Shown here: one piece after another, positions 1 to 10,970 of the stretch
Layout: each line of letters begins with the position of its first letter
Numbering within the stretch: the stretch's first letter is position 1
Source of the DNA: Terriglobia bacterium
GTDB taxonomy: Bacteria > Acidobacteriota > Terriglobia > JAJPHL01 > JAPKYU01
Length of the DNA: 64,000 nt
Reading direction: 5' to 3'
NCBI GenBank assembly: GCA_965218055.1
Contig: CBDCKA010000002.1
Coordinates: 931,644 to 995,643 of the forward strand
The notes under the pieces: generated by a model
The model's input: only the letters and a program-made list of their open reading frames with translations
The model's database searches: none
What the model was told of the DNA's origin: nothing
Program-made: the position numbers and the translations under genes

Positions 1-1
1 G

Positions 2-1552
2 GAGAAGCCGGAGGAGTTGATTGTCCACGGCGGCCAGGGCCGGGTGGCGCGGAACTGGGCCTGCTTTGAAGCCATTGTGCGCGAGCTCGAGCAGCTCGGC
101 AACGACGAGACCCTGCTGGTGCAGTCCGGCAAGCCGGTGGGAGTGTTCCGCACACACGAGTTTGCCCCTCGCGTTCTCATCGCCAACGCCAATCTGGTGG
201 GGCACTGGTCCAACTGGGACCATTTCGGGGAGCTGGAGCGCGCCGGGCTGACCATGTACGGCCAGATGAGCGCTGGCAGCTGGATCTACACCGGCACCCA
301 GGGAGTCCTCGCGGGCACCTACGAGACGTTTGCCGCGGCTGCCAACAAGCATTTGGGGGGCGAGCTGGCCGGGAAGCTGGTGGTCAGCGGGGGGATGGGC
401 GGCATGGGTGGCGCCCAGCCGCTGGCCGCCACCCTAAATGGCGCCGCCTTTCTGGGCGTGGAGGTAGACCCGGAGCGGGTGAAGCGCCGCCTGCGCGCCG
501 GTTACTGCGACATCATGGTTCACGACCTGGACGAGGCGGTTCGCATCCTAAAGAGGGCGGTGCGGAAGCAGGAAGCCACCTCGGTGGTGCTGGTGGGCAA
601 TTGCGCCGAGCTCATCCCGGAACTGGCCCGCCGCGGCATCGTTCCCGACCTGCTTACCGACCAGACCAGCGCCCACGATCCCCTCAACGGCTACATCCCG
701 GCCGGCTGCTCGGTCGAGCAGGCCGCCGAGCTGCGCGAGCGTGATCCCGCCGGGTACCTGAAGCGCAGCATGGACTCGATCGCGCGCCATGTCGAGGGCA
801 TCCTCGCCTTGCAGAAGCTCGGCGCTGTGGCCTTCGATTACGGCAACAACATCCGCACCATGGCCCACAAGGCGGGTCTCACGGGGGCCTATGCCTTTCC
901 CGGGTTTGTGGAGGCCTACATCCGGCCGCTCCTCTGTGAAGGGCGGGGACCGTTCCGCTGGGTGGCGCTTTCGGGCGAAGCGGCCGACATCGCCGTCACC
1001 GACGACCTGGCGCGCCAGCTATTCCCGGAGGACCGCGTTCTCGGGCGCTGGATCGAGCTGGCCCGCCGCCGGGTCCGCTTCGAGGGCCTGCCGGCGCGCG
1101 TCTGCTGCCTGGGATATGGCCAGCGGGCCACCTTTGGCCTGGCCATCAACGATCTGGTCCGGACGGGAAAGTTGAAGGCGCCGATCGTGATCGGGCGCGA
1201 CCATCTGGACTGTGGCTCGGTGGCCTCCCCCTACTGCGAGACCGAAGGCATGAGGGACGGCAGCGATGCAGTGGCCGACTGGCCTGTGCTGAATGCCCTG
1301 CTGAACACCGCCTCCGGGGCTAGTTGGGTTTCGTTGCACAATGGAGGAGGGGTGGGCATCGGATACTCACTTCATGCTGGGCAGGTAATGGTGGCTGAGG
1401 GCACCGCGGAAGGCGCGCAACGCCTGGAGCGCGTCCTCACCAACGACCCTGGCCTGGGCATCGCCCGGCATGCCGACGCCGGCTACGACGAGGCGCGGGA
1501 CTTTTCGCAAAAGGCGGGGTTGCGCATCCCCCTCAGCTTTTTTTCGAAGTGA
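2..1552 (+). CDS. hutU: Urocanate hydratase (urocanase) family protein, 5'-truncated by window edge
   Basis: Frame is open from base 2 ([11 protein letters not shown]). Urocanase motifs [36 protein letters not shown] and HNGGGVG are present. Several conserved positions diverge (see findings). Confidence 0.9.
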   Translation, partial: EKPEELIVHGGQGRVARNWACFEAIVRELEQLGNDETLLVQSGKPVGVFRTHEFAPRVLIANANLVGHWSNWDHFGELERAGLTMYGQMSAGSWIYTGTQGVLAGTYETFAAAANKHLGGELAGKLVVSGGMGGMGGAQPLAATLNGAAFLGVEVDPERVKRRLRAGYCDIMVHDLDEAVRILKRAVRKQEATSVVLVGNCAELIPELARRGIVPDLLTDQTSAHDPLNGYIPAGCSVEQAAELRERDPAGYLKRSMDSIARHVEGILALQKLGAVAFDYGNNIRTMAHKAGLTGAYAFPGFVEAYIRPLLCEGRGPFRWVALSGEAADIAVTDDLARQLFPEDRVLGRWIELARRRVRFEGLPARVCCLGYGQRATFGLAINDLVRTGKLKAPIVIGRDHLDCGSVASPYCETEGMRDGSDAVADWPVLNALLNTASGASWVSLHNGGGVGIGYSLHAGQVMVAEGTAEGAQRLERVLTNDPGLGIARHADAGYDEARDFSQKAGLRIPLSFFSK

Positions 1553-1760
1553 CCGCGAAGAAGCTGGAGAGCACCTGCTCCACTTTGCGGCTGTGGCACT
1601 TGGGGCACTTCACCTTACCCCGGCCGTACTCGCTGAGCGTTAAGATCGTCGAGAACCGCTTCTTACAATCGCGGCACCGGTAGTCGTAGTGGGGCATCTC
1701 GGGCTGCCTCCCTGCTCACTGGCCAGATCTTAGCACATGCTGGACGGAACGGTCGTACCC

Positions 1761-2678
1761 ATGAGAGCTCTGGTGGAATGCGTGCCCAATTTCAGTGAGG
1801 GGCGTGACGCGGCCAAGGTGGATGCTATCGCGGAGGCGATCCGCGGTGTGATTGGCGTTTACGTATTGCGCTGCGAAATGGACGCGGACCACAACCGCTC
1901 GGTGATCACCTTTGTGGGCAGCCCGGAGAGTATAGGAAAGGCAGCGCTGGGTGCCGTTGCCCGAGCAGTCGAGCTGATTGACCTGAACCAGCATCGCGGC
2001 GCGCACCCGCGTCTGGGCGCGGCCGATGTGGTGCCCTTTGTGCCGGTCGAGGGCGCGACGCTTGAGGACTGCGTGGTGCTGGCCCGGCGGGTGGGCCAGC
2101 AGATCTGGGAGCAACTCGGTGTGCCGGTGTACCTCTACGAGGCGGCCGCCACGCGCCCCGAGCGGTGCAACCTGGAAGACATCCGGCGCGGGCAGTTCGA
2201 AGGCCTCCGCGAGGAGATCGCCGCCAGCGACCAGCGCCGGCCGGATTTCGGCGAGCCGCGCGTGCATCCCACCGCCGGCGCCACCGTCGTCGGCGCGCGA
2301 AACTTCCTGATCGCTTACAACATTGTCTTGAACACTGCCGATCTCCAGGTGGCCAACAACGTTGCCCGGGCGGTTCGCGCTTCCAGCGGCGGCCTGCCCT
2401 GCGTAAAAGCCATAGGCGTGGAACTGAAGTCGCGCAATCTCGCACAGGTTTCCATGAACCTCACCGATTTTTCCCAGACGCCCATCCACCGCCTCTTCCA
2501 GGCGGTGGAGAGCCAGGCAGCACGTTACGGCGCGGCGGTGCTGGATAGCGAGATTGTTGGCCTCATCCCCAGGAAGGCCCTGGGGCCGGACGCTGCGTCA
2601 TCCCTGAAAATTAGCAATTTCGACCCCCAGCTCATCCTGGAAGACCGGCTGGCCGCTGTGCTCGAAGGCGAAGCCTAG
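1761..2678 (+). CDS. ftcD: Glutamate formiminotransferase (no cyclodeaminase domain)
   Basis: MRALVECVPNFSEGR N-terminus, DADHNRSVITF, HPRLGAADVVPFVP, PVYLYE, QVSMNL; lies downstream of hutU. ATG at 1761 chosen over the ORF-track start at 1737. Confidence 0.92.
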   Translation: MRALVECVPNFSEGRDAAKVDAIAEAIRGVIGVYVLRCEMDADHNRSVITFVGSPESIGKAALGAVARAVELIDLNQHRGAHPRLGAADVVPFVPVEGATLEDCVVLARRVGQQIWEQLGVPVYLYEAAATRPERCNLEDIRRGQFEGLREEIAASDQRRPDFGEPRVHPTAGATVVGARNFLIAYNIVLNTADLQVANNVARAVRASSGGLPCVKAIGVELKSRNLAQVSMNLTDFSQTPIHRLFQAVESQAARYGAAVLDSEIVGLIPRKALGPDAASSLKISNFDPQLILEDRLAAVLEGEA

Positions 2679-2775
2679 TGTTCCGTAACCGAAGCAAGTG
2701 AAACCAGGAAGGAATCCGCAAATTTCGCAGATTGCACAGATTCAAAGGACGATATCTCTGTGACTCTGTGGCGAT

Positions 2776-3889
2776 TTACGCGGGCTTGCTGTTGGTGCCG
2801 GGGCGGCGGGCCAGCAGGTAGGCGCGGATGAACCGCTCCAGGCCCCCGTCCAGGACACGATCCACGTCGCCGATCTCCACCCTGGTGCGGACGTCCTTGA
2901 CCATCCGGTAAGGCGCCAGCACGTAGGAGCGGATCTGGCTGCCGAAATTAATATCCAGCTTGGAATCCTCCACTCGCCGCGCTTCCTCGCGCTTCTTCTC
3001 CAGTTCCAGTTCATAGAGGCGCGAGCGGAGAATCTTCATGGCCACATCACGGTTCTTGTGCTGCGAGCGCTCATTCTGGCACTGCACGACGGTGCCCGTG
3101 GGCAGGTGGGTGATGCGCACCGCCGAGTAGGTGGTGTTCACTCCCTGGCCGCCGGGACCGGAGGAGCAAAAGGTGTCAATGCGCAACTCCTCGTCGCGGA
3201 TGTTCACCTGAATGGTGTCGTCAATTTCCGGCGAGACAAACACCGACGCAAAAGAAGTGTGGCGTCGCGCTGCCTGGTCAAAGGGAGAGATGCGCACCAG
3301 GCGATGCACGCCAATCTCGGACTGCAACAACCCGTAAGCGTAGTCACCTGTAACGGTGAAGGTGGCCGACTTAATCCCAGCTTCCTCGCCGGCCTGCAGG
3401 TCGTTCACGGCGGTCTGAAAGCCTTGCCGCTCGGCCCAGCGCAGGTACATGCGGAGGAGCATCTGGGCCCAATCCTGTGACTCGGTGCCGCCGGCCCCGG
3501 GGTGGATGGTGACGATGGCGTTGCGGCCGTCATGCTCCCCGCCTAGCAGGAGACGCGTCTCCAGGCGGTCCACTTTCCCCTGCAGCCGTCCGAGTTCCTG
3601 ATGCAACTCGCCGGAGACATCCTCGCCCTCGCGGGCCAGCTCAAAAAACGTGTCCAAGTCGGAGAGACGCCGCGTGAGCTCGCGGTCCGTTTCCACCACC
3701 TCGCTCAGACGCTTCCGCGCCTGCAGGACTTTCTGCGATTGGTCCGGGTTCTGCCAGAACTCAGGGCGGGAAATCTGCTGCTCGATCTCGGCTAGTTCTT
3801 TGCTGCGTGCGGGAGCGTCAAAGAAAACTCCGCACGTCGCGGATTTTTTCCTTCAGGGTGTCGTAGTCGCGTTGCAGTTCTTCCATCAT
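2776..3889 (-). CDS. prfB: Peptide chain release factor 2, programmed +1 frameshift (join 3889-3821, 3819-2776)
   Basis: Short ORF MMEELQRDYDTLKEKIRDVRSFL ends in CTT TGA C; the +1 frame continues DAPARSKELAEIEQ into the GAGGTE, SPF tripeptide and GPGGQ motifs. ATG overlaps the lnt stop. Confidence 0.96.
3817..3832 (-). other. prfB +1 ribosomal frameshift cassette (SD-like GGAG + CTT TGA C)
   Basis: Minus strand reads CGG AGT TTT CTT TGA C, matching the canonical RF2 autoregulatory site. Confidence 0.93.
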
Positions 3890-5565
3890 GATGGAGCACC
3901 TCCAGCTTCCTCAGCAGCTTCTTTAGCCCCCTGGCGCTTCTTGAACCACAGGGCCTTCAACAGCAGCCCCAGGACGGCCGCCGCCGCCAGCACCGGGAAC
4001 CAGTGGCCGAAAGCCACGTAGGGCGTCCGGCCATCCAGGTAGCCGAACTTACCGGTGAAAACAGCTCGCCGGTCGGGGGGAAAGGTTTCGAGCCGCCCGT
4101 AGGGGTCTACGATCGCCGTAATCCCGGTATTGGTAGCCCGCAGCAACCAGCGGCCGTTCTCAATCGCCCGCATGCGCGACATCAACAGCAGTTGGTACCG
4201 CGCTGCCGAATCCCCGTACCAGCTGTCGTTCGAGAGATTCACCAGCAGTTCGGCGCCGCCGGCGCTGAACTGCCGCACCAGGTCCGGGAAAATGCCCTCG
4301 TAGCAAATCAGTGCAGCCAGCGGGTGGCGCTCACCCAGCGGCACTGGCCGTGTGCCCGGCACGAAATCCCCAACCTCAGCGGTGAGCTTGCCCGCGAAGA
4401 AAAACAGCTTCTTCAGCGGGACGTACTCGCCAAAGGGGACCAGATGAATTTTATCATAACGGCCCAGTAACTCGCCGCCCGGGCTGATCAGCACCGCGGA
4501 ATTGAGCGGCTCTTTCCGTTCGGCGTCGGCAAAAGCAATGACGTTGACCAGGTGGTAGCTCCGGGTGAGGCGAGCCAGACGGTGCAGGCGCTCCCGCAAC
4601 GGTGGGTCGTCGTAGTAGTAGAACGAGGCGGGAATTTCCGGCCAGAGCACCAGGCCGGAGCGCGACTGGTTGCGCGCGTAGGTCGCCAGGACGCGGACCT
4701 CCAGGTCCGCGAGCAGTTTGTAAACCGACGCCACGGTCCATTCTTCGGCCAGCGAAGCCTCGGCCTGCACCAGGTAGGCAGTCTCGGGCGCCTCGGGCGT
4801 GGGCAGCAGGCTGCCCCCCAAAGATGCGGCGGCCAGCACAAGAAAGGCTGCCGCCAGCGCCATGCCGCGCCGCCGGGTTGGCTTGCGCGTCACCAGAAGG
4901 ATGCCGGTATTGAACAGCACCACCACAAACGACAGCAGGTAGACGCCGCCCAGCCGCGCCAGTTGTGCAGGCAGCAGGTGTTCGGCCAGCGCGTAGCCCA
5001 GCAGCAACCAGGGGAAGCCCGTGAACAGGTGCGCTCGCACAAATTCCAGGGCCACCCACAGCGCCGGCAGACCCCACAGGATGTGCCTCTCCGGCAGAGC
5101 CAGCAGCAGGCGTGCCAGCGCCGCGAACGCGCCAAAGAAGCAGGCCAGCACCGCCGCAAACAGCAGCAGGACCCCGGCTGCGGCCACCTCGCCCAGCCCG
5201 CCGAACTCGAGCATCACCAGGCGAACCCAGTAGATCGTGCCGGCGAAAAACACCACCCCACAGAGGTAGCCCAGACCAAAGGCCGCGCGCAAACCGGTGG
5301 CGCGCCCGAGGACCAGCAGCAGCGGCACCAGCGCAACCCAGGCCAGGAAGCCCAGATTCCATTTCGGAAACGCCGCCACCAGCAGCAGGCCGGTGGCAAC
5401 GCTGAGGAACCAGGGACGTAGACGGATCAGCACCGGCAGTCTCCTCAGGATTGGTAGCCTAGGCAGATGTGCGGGCTCCGATTTGCTCGGAAGCACCGCG
5501 AACTCTGATTTTAGCTGGTTCCGGTAGGGACGTCTTGCTCGATTCGCTCCTGGGGTCCGCGCCAT
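3886..5565 (-). CDS. lnt: Apolipoprotein N-acyltransferase (true start probably downstream, e.g. GTG near 5433)
   Basis: Multiple TM helices, TGFPWLLLGY, catalytic triad motifs WPE / YDKIHLVPFGE / ICYE, SND.W, RATNTGIT. Confidence 0.93.
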   Translation of the reverse strand: MARTPGANRARRPYRNQLKSEFAVLPSKSEPAHLPRLPILRRLPVLIRLRPWFLSVATGLLLVAAFPKWNLGFLAWVALVPLLLVLGRATGLRAAFGLGYLCGVVFFAGTIYWVRLVMLEFGGLGEVAAAGVLLLFAAVLACFFGAFAALARLLLALPERHILWGLPALWVALEFVRAHLFTGFPWLLLGYALAEHLLPAQLARLGGVYLLSFVVVLFNTGILLVTRKPTRRRGMALAAAFLVLAAASLGGSLLPTPEAPETAYLVQAEASLAEEWTVASVYKLLADLEVRVLATYARNQSRSGLVLWPEIPASFYYYDDPPLRERLHRLARLTRSYHLVNVIAFADAERKEPLNSAVLISPGGELLGRYDKIHLVPFGEYVPLKKLFFFAGKLTAEVGDFVPGTRPVPLGERHPLAALICYEGIFPDLVRQFSAGGAELLVNLSNDSWYGDSAARYQLLLMSRMRAIENGRWLLRATNTGITAIVDPYGRLETFPPDRRAVFTGKFGYLDGRTPYVAFGHWFPVLAAAAVLGLLLKALWFKKRQGAKEAAEEAGGAPS

Positions 5566-6452
5566 GCGCGGAGTTGTGCGCTTGCCCCTTCCGCTTCAAA
5601 AGAATCAAAAACGTGGTCGGCCATATAGGAACTGCGCACCAACGGGCCGCTGAAGACGGCCCGGAAGCCTAGTGAAAGGGCGTAGTCGCGGTAGTCGGTG
5701 AACGTTTCCGGAGGCAGGTATTCGACCACCGGCAGGTTCCGGCGGGTCGGCTGAAGATACTGGCCAATGGTGACCACCTCGCAATCCACCGCACGCAGGT
5801 CATCAAGCAGTCGCTTCACTTCGGCACGCGATTCTCCCAGCCCGAGCATGAAGCCGGACTTGGTCAACATCGCCGGCGCCAGGCGTCGGACGGTGGCCAG
5901 TAGCTGCAAGGAGCGGTGGTAGTCGGCCTGCGGGCGAACCCGGCGGTAGAGGCGCGCCACCGTTTCCATGTTGTGGTTGTAAACGTCGGGACCGGCAGCC
6001 ACCACCCCCGCCAGCGCCTCACGGTTGCCGCAGAAATCCGGCGTCAGCACCTCCACCCGCGCCCGGGGTAGCTGCTGGCGCAAGGCGGAGATGGTGGCAG
6101 CCCAATGGGCGGCGCCGCCGTCGGCCAGTTCATCGCGGTTGACGCTGGTGAGGACTACGTAGCGCAGGCCCATGGTGGCCGCCATGCGCGCCACGTTCTC
6201 CGGCTCCTCGGGGTCCAGCGCCTCAGGCCGCCCTCGTGGCACCGCGCAGAAGCCGCAACTGCGCGTGCAGGTGTTGCCCAGGATCATGAAGGTAGCCGAG
6301 CCGCGGCCAAAACATTCATGGAGGTTGGGACAACGAGCCGACTCACAGACCGTGTGCAGGTGGTAGCGGCGAAGTCCGGCTTTGAGCTGGTGCAGAGCGG
6401 CCCAGTTCGTTTGGGGATTTCGGAGCCAATCCGGGAGTCGCCCGGCCATCAT
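5511..6452 (-). CDS. lipA: Lipoyl synthase
   Basis: C-x4-C-x5-C (CESARCPNLHEC), radical SAM CTRSCGFC, HNMETV, TIGQYLQP, VRSSY. Confidence 0.96.
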   Translation of the reverse strand: MMAGRLPDWLRNPQTNWAALHQLKAGLRRYHLHTVCESARCPNLHECFGRGSATFMILGNTCTRSCGFCAVPRGRPEALDPEEPENVARMAATMGLRYVVLTSVNRDELADGGAAHWAATISALRQQLPRARVEVLTPDFCGNREALAGVVAAGPDVYNHNMETVARLYRRVRPQADYHRSLQLLATVRRLAPAMLTKSGFMLGLGESRAEVKRLLDDLRAVDCEVVTIGQYLQPTRRNLPVVEYLPPETFTDYRDYALSLGFRAVFSGPLVRSSYMADHVFDSFEAEGASAQLRAWRGPQERIEQDVPTGTS

Positions 6453-7015
6453 TTCTTGGTAATGGTCTTGAAGCCTTCCCGTTGCAGCCGCTGCCTCGTC
6501 TGCTCGACCTCTTTGGCCGAACCGAGGGGTCCCACCTGGACGCGATACAGGCCGTCGGCTTGCGAGCTGACCAGAACCACCGGGAACCCCCTGCCCTTCA
6601 ACAGGCTGAGCAGCGCTTCGGCGTCCTGCTTCTTGCTGAGGGCAGCCACCTGGAGGTGAACAGCCGGTCCTGTTGCAGCTCGAACAGGAATGCGGGCGCT
6701 TGACCGGGTCTGCAACCTGGCCGGGGATCCCTTCGTCTCCAGCGTGCGCTGAAAAGTCAGTTCGGCGGCCGGAGGGGATGTGGCCGCCCGAGCTTTCCCC
6801 GGGTCAGTCACGCCCGCCGGAGTAATGGCGTTCTTTTCCCCTGGAACGGTTGTCACGCCTGCTTCGGCCGGTGGAATATAGCCCATCGTGTTCTTCCCCA
6901 CGATGTAGCCAAGGGCGAAAAATACCGCGCACAAGACGACCACGGCAAAGAAGATGAGCGTAAGCTGGCGGTTTTCCAGGACCACTTCGTATTCCCCGCG
7001 GGCTGCTGCAGGCAT
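6449..7015 (-). CDS. Membrane-anchored SPOR-domain protein
   Basis: N-terminal TM helix (LIFFAVVVLCAVFFALGYIVG), Pro/Ala linker, C-terminal HLQVAAL...YRVQVGP SPOR pattern; overlaps the lipA start. Confidence 0.85.
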   Translation of the reverse strand: MPAAARGEYEVVLENRQLTLIFFAVVVLCAVFFALGYIVGKNTMGYIPPAEAGVTTVPGEKNAITPAGVTDPGKARAATSPPAAELTFQRTLETKGSPARLQTRSSARIPVRAATGPAVHLQVAALSKKQDAEALLSLLKGRGFPVVLVSSQADGLYRVQVGPLGSAKEVEQTRQRLQREGFKTITKK

Positions 7016-7144
7016 GAGAGCATTCTACTCGCAATCCTGCTCGCGGGACGAGCGAGTCCCGGTCACCAAAAAGGCACCCGGAGGTGGCGGCCTTTCAATG
7101 CCGAGGAGGCGGTCCGAGCCCCCACGTTTGGCGGTGCACACCCG

Positions 7145-7915
7145 CTAGGTGCCGGTGCCCGCCTCGGCCTTCCCCTGGAAAGCGGTCAGAATATCTACCG
7201 GCAGGGGGAAAACAATCGTGGTGTTTCGCTCCACACCGATTTCGGTGAGCGTCTGCAAGTAGCGCAGGGTGACGGCCGCTGGCTGCTCGGCGATGATGGC
7301 CGCGGCCGCTGTGAGGCGCGAGGCGGCCTGAAATTCGCCTTCGGCGTGAATAATCTTGGCGCGGCGTTCCCGTTCCGCTTCGGCCTGCTTGGCGATGGCC
7401 CGCTTCATCTCGTCGGGCAGGTCCACCTGCTTCACTTCGACCTTGGTCACCTTGATCCCCCACGGTTCGGTGTCCTCGTCGAGAATGGTTTGCAGCCGGG
7501 TGTTCAGCTTTTCACGCTCGGCGAGCAGCTCGTCCAATTCCACCTCGCCCAAGACGCTGCGCAAGGTGGTCTGTGCCAGCTGCGAGGTGGCGTACAGGTA
7601 GTTGGACACCTTCACCACCGCGTCGGGCGCATTCATCACCCGGAAGTACAGCACGGCGTTCACCTTGAGAGTGACGTTGTCGCGGGTGATGACGTCCTGC
7701 GGCGGGATGTCCATGGTTTCGATTCGCAGCGGGACGCGCACAATTTGATCAAGCGGCCAAAAGACAAAGATCAGGCCGGGGCCTTTAGCCGTGTCTAGCA
7801 GGCGCCCCAGGCGGAAGATGACCCCCCGCTCGTACTCCTTCAAGATGTTGATGGAGTTGAGCAGGTAGATAACAAGAATGACTATTCCAACCCCTAGGTA
7901 GCCGAGTCCGAACAT
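7145..7915 (-). CDS. SPFH/band-7 (stomatin/slipin) family protein
   Basis: [50 protein letters not shown]; GGAGG SD precedes ATG 7915. Confidence 0.93.
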   Translation of the reverse strand: MFGLGYLGVGIVILVIYLLNSINILKEYERGVIFRLGRLLDTAKGPGLIFVFWPLDQIVRVPLRIETMDIPPQDVITRDNVTLKVNAVLYFRVMNAPDAVVKVSNYLYATSQLAQTTLRSVLGEVELDELLAEREKLNTRLQTILDEDTEPWGIKVTKVEVKQVDLPDEMKRAIAKQAEAERERRAKIIHAEGEFQAASRLTAAAAIIAEQPAAVTLRYLQTLTEIGVERNTTIVFPLPVDILTAFQGKAEAGTGT

Positions 7916-7941
7916 AAGCACCTCCGTGCAAAATAGTAGGA

Positions 7942-9351
7942 TTAGATTCGGGGCCGAGTTTGCTCGGCCGGGACCGAGGGCGCGCTGCCGTCCGGTTCCA
8001 CCCGCAGCAGCAAGCCCTCAATGGCTCTCACCCGCACCCGGCCGCCTCGCAGCACCGGCGAGCTGCAGACCGCGCTCCAGATTTCCCCCTGGATGAAAAT
8101 CTTGCCCTCTGGCGTCAGGTCAGTCCGGGCGGTCCCTACGTCGTCCAGCAGCCCGGCATCCCCGGTCACGACCTTGCTCCTCCATGCCTTGAAAGCCAGA
8201 CGGAGCAAGAATACCGTAATCAGGCCCAGCGGCAGGGCAACCGAGAGTGCAGTGACCAGCTTAATTCTCAACTCCGGAATCGGACTGTCCACCAGAATGA
8301 GTGCGCCCAGGATCATGGACAGAATGCCGCCTGCGGCCAGCACCCCATGGCTCATAAGTTTGGCCTCCAACAGGAAAAAAGCAAAGGCAAGAATGATCAG
8401 CATGGCGCCAGTCCAGTTGATGGGCAGCAGCGACAAAGCAAACATGCCCATCAACAGCAGGATGCCGCCGGCGACGCCAGGAACGATCAGGCCCGGGTTG
8501 GAAAACTCAACGTAGAGGCCCAGTGCCCCCAGCGCCAGCAAAATGAAGGCGATATTGGGGTCAATGATCCGCCGCAGAAAGTTGTAGCGCGTGCTGGGCT
8601 GATAGGTGACCAGGTGCGCGCCGGCTAGCTCCAGCGTCACCGACTGGCCCCCAAACCGCTTGATGGTTCTCCCGTCGAGCTTGTTCAGCAACTCCTCGGG
8701 GGAGTCGGCAATCACTTCAATCAAGCGATTGTCGAGCGCTTCGGTTTCGGTGAAGGACTTGCTTTCCAGCACCCCCTTCTCGGCCAGTTGCGCGTTGCGT
8801 CCTCGCTTGCCGGCGATGGACCGGATGTAAGCGGCGGCGTCCTGCTCCACCTTCTGCCGCAGCAACTCGTCCATCTTCTGGCCGCCGATCAGCACCGGGT
8901 GGGCGGCGCCGGTATTGGTCCCTGGAGCCATGGCGGCCACGTCGGCAGAAAGGAGAATCAGAAAACCGGCCGATGCGGCCCGGCTTCCCCCCGGACCAAC
9001 CCAAGCCAGCACCGGAACCGGCGAGGCGAGGATTTTCTCTATGATTCGCCGCATGGCGGTGTCCAGGCCGCCGGGGGTGTTCAACCGCAGCAACACTGCG
9101 TCGGCCTGTTGGGCTGCTGCGGCCTGCAAGCCACGCTCGATATACTCGGCAGTGAGCGGGTGGACGATGGCGTCGAGTTCCAGCTTCAGGACGGTAGCTG
9201 GGGCTGAGCCGGCTGCGGCTGAGCCGGCAGTGGCTGAGCCGGCTGGCAACCGCAGCAACAGCACCATGACTGGCACCAGAAAAAACAGCCTGCGGCGCCA
9301 CTGCCCCCGGTCGCCAGGATTCCAGGCTCCGTGCTGCACACTTGCTCTCAT
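7942..9351 (-). CDS. nfeD: NfeD-family membrane-bound serine protease (ClpP class)
   Basis: [25 protein letters not shown], multi-TM region, C-terminal OB fold (GEIWSA...GLLLRV); adjacent to the SPFH gene. Confidence 0.9.
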   Translation of the reverse strand: MRASVQHGAWNPGDRGQWRRRLFFLVPVMVLLLRLPAGSATAGSAAAGSAPATVLKLELDAIVHPLTAEYIERGLQAAAAQQADAVLLRLNTPGGLDTAMRRIIEKILASPVPVLAWVGPGGSRAASAGFLILLSADVAAMAPGTNTGAAHPVLIGGQKMDELLRQKVEQDAAAYIRSIAGKRGRNAQLAEKGVLESKSFTETEALDNRLIEVIADSPEELLNKLDGRTIKRFGGQSVTLELAGAHLVTYQPSTRYNFLRRIIDPNIAFILLALGALGLYVEFSNPGLIVPGVAGGILLLMGMFALSLLPINWTGAMLIILAFAFFLLEAKLMSHGVLAAGGILSMILGALILVDSPIPELRIKLVTALSVALPLGLITVFLLRLAFKAWRSKVVTGDAGLLDDVGTARTDLTPEGKIFIQGEIWSAVCSSPVLRGGRVRVRAIEGLLLRVEPDGSAPSVPAEQTRPRI

Positions 9352-10970
9352 GGTGTCCGCGTCTGGATTGTACTTAACACGGAGCGGGCGGCGGCATTCT
9401 CCGGCTCCACTTCGAGCGCTTGCTGCGCCTGCTGTTCCGCCTCGGCCAGACGCTCCTGTTGCAGGTAGATCTTAGCCAATAGCAAGTGGGCTTCCAGGGA
9501 ATTTTCCCCACTCAGGGCCAGCCGCGCTTCTCGGGCCGCTTCTTCACGGCGGCCACCCCGTTCGTGGAGCCGGGCAAGAAGGAGGCGGACACCCCCCTGG
9601 TTTGGGTTCAGCCGCACGGTTTCGCGTAGTTCTCGCAGTGCCTCAGTGTCCCTCCCCTCGCCGAACAGCTCCCGACCACGCTCCAGATGCGCCTCGGCGT
9701 GCTCCTCCGGTGGCAGGTGGGACAGGCTTTCTTCCCTCCGTATTTCCAGCACCAACTGAAGCTGGCGAAACCTGCGGCCGAGATAGTTCTGTTTTAGGCG
9801 CTCCAGGTCCTGGAAGGCCCCCTCGTCCAGGCCGGCGAAGCGGGCGGCATCAGGGTAATCCACCAGCAGCGCGCGTTCTCTGGCAGCTTCGGCATCGTTA
9901 CCCGCGCGTTCCAGAGATTTCACCAGCAAGGCACGGGCTTGCCCGTCGCTGGGACTGCCTTCCAGCGCCAGGCGAAATTGCCACGCAGCACTGGCGTACT
10001 GGGCCGACTTCCAATGCCAGTAACCCAAGTTGAAGCGGTAGTCGGGGTCAGCCGGGTCCCCTTCGGCCGCCTCGCGAAGGCTGTCCAGCGCCGCGGGCTC
10101 ATTGCGGCGCGACTGTGCCGCCCCCAGATTGTTGTAGGCTTCATTCAACGGAAGGCCCTCGGCCACTGTCCGGAACGCCGCTTCTGCCTTCCCGTATTTT
10201 CCCAGAGAGAAGTAACAGATTCCCAACAGAAACTGCGCCTCCAAAAAGCCGGCTTTCTCCCTCCCTAGCTTAGTGAACCAGGGGATGGCAGTCGGGAAGT
10301 CGCGATTCTGGAGATAGATCTTGCCCAACTCCAGGGCGGCGTTACCTAAGCCGGGGTCCCTTCGCGCGGCCCGGTGGAAGAGTTTCACCTGCTCGGAGCG
10401 CGAGGATGTGAGCAGGCCTCGGATGTAATTCTCCCAGGCGTCTAGACGGACACGCGGCTCGGGCATCGGCGCCAGGCCGCCCGGCAAGCTGCCGGGACCG
10501 ACTTCCAGGGCGCGGGAAATCACCACTGCCAGACGGTCCTGCAGCACCAGCAGGTCCGGCAGCGGGCCCGACTCACTAAATTTGGACCGCAGCCGGGGCG
10601 GGTGCATTTCTAACAGCCGCGCCCGGGCCTGTAGCTGGTTCGGGGGCGCTAAGGAGTACCGCCCTAGGATGACATAGTCGGCATCAATGGTTTCGGCCAG
10701 CTTGAGGATGGTTGCCCGGCTCAGGATTCTGGCGGCAGGAATGCCCAGCAGGTCGAAGGCCGCAGCGCGTTCTTCACGGCTGACAACGTAGAAAGAGGGC
10801 CCGCCCAAGCGCTCGGCCAGCCCTTCGGCGAAGCTCTCGCTGATCCACTCCAGTTGGGCGTTGCGGGTCTGGTTCTCGAAGGGAAGAATCAGGCAGGTGG
10901 TGCTGTGCGCTGTCCCGGCCAGCAGAAACCACATCAGCGCCGCCGATCCCAGGACCTGCCGAGCTTTCAT
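9348..10970 (-). CDS. Secreted TolB-like/CsgG-like + TPR protein
   Basis: Signal-like N-terminus, LILPFENQTRNAQLEWISESFAEGL, followed by many TPR helices; stop overlaps the nfeD start (ATGA). Confidence 0.75.
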   Translation of the reverse strand: MKARQVLGSAALMWFLLAGTAHSTTCLILPFENQTRNAQLEWISESFAEGLAERLGGPSFYVVSREERAAAFDLLGIPAARILSRATILKLAETIDADYVILGRYSLAPPNQLQARARLLEMHPPRLRSKFSESGPLPDLLVLQDRLAVVISRALEVGPGSLPGGLAPMPEPRVRLDAWENYIRGLLTSSRSEQVKLFHRAARRDPGLGNAALELGKIYLQNRDFPTAIPWFTKLGREKAGFLEAQFLLGICYFSLGKYGKAEAAFRTVAEGLPLNEAYNNLGAAQSRRNEPAALDSLREAAEGDPADPDYRFNLGYWHWKSAQYASAAWQFRLALEGSPSDGQARALLVKSLERAGNDAEAARERALLVDYPDAARFAGLDEGAFQDLERLKQNYLGRRFRQLQLVLEIRREESLSHLPPEEHAEAHLERGRELFGEGRDTEALRELRETVRLNPNQGGVRLLLARLHERGGRREEAAREARLALSGENSLEAHLLLAKIYLQQERLAEAEQQAQQALEVEPENAAARSVLSTIQTRTP

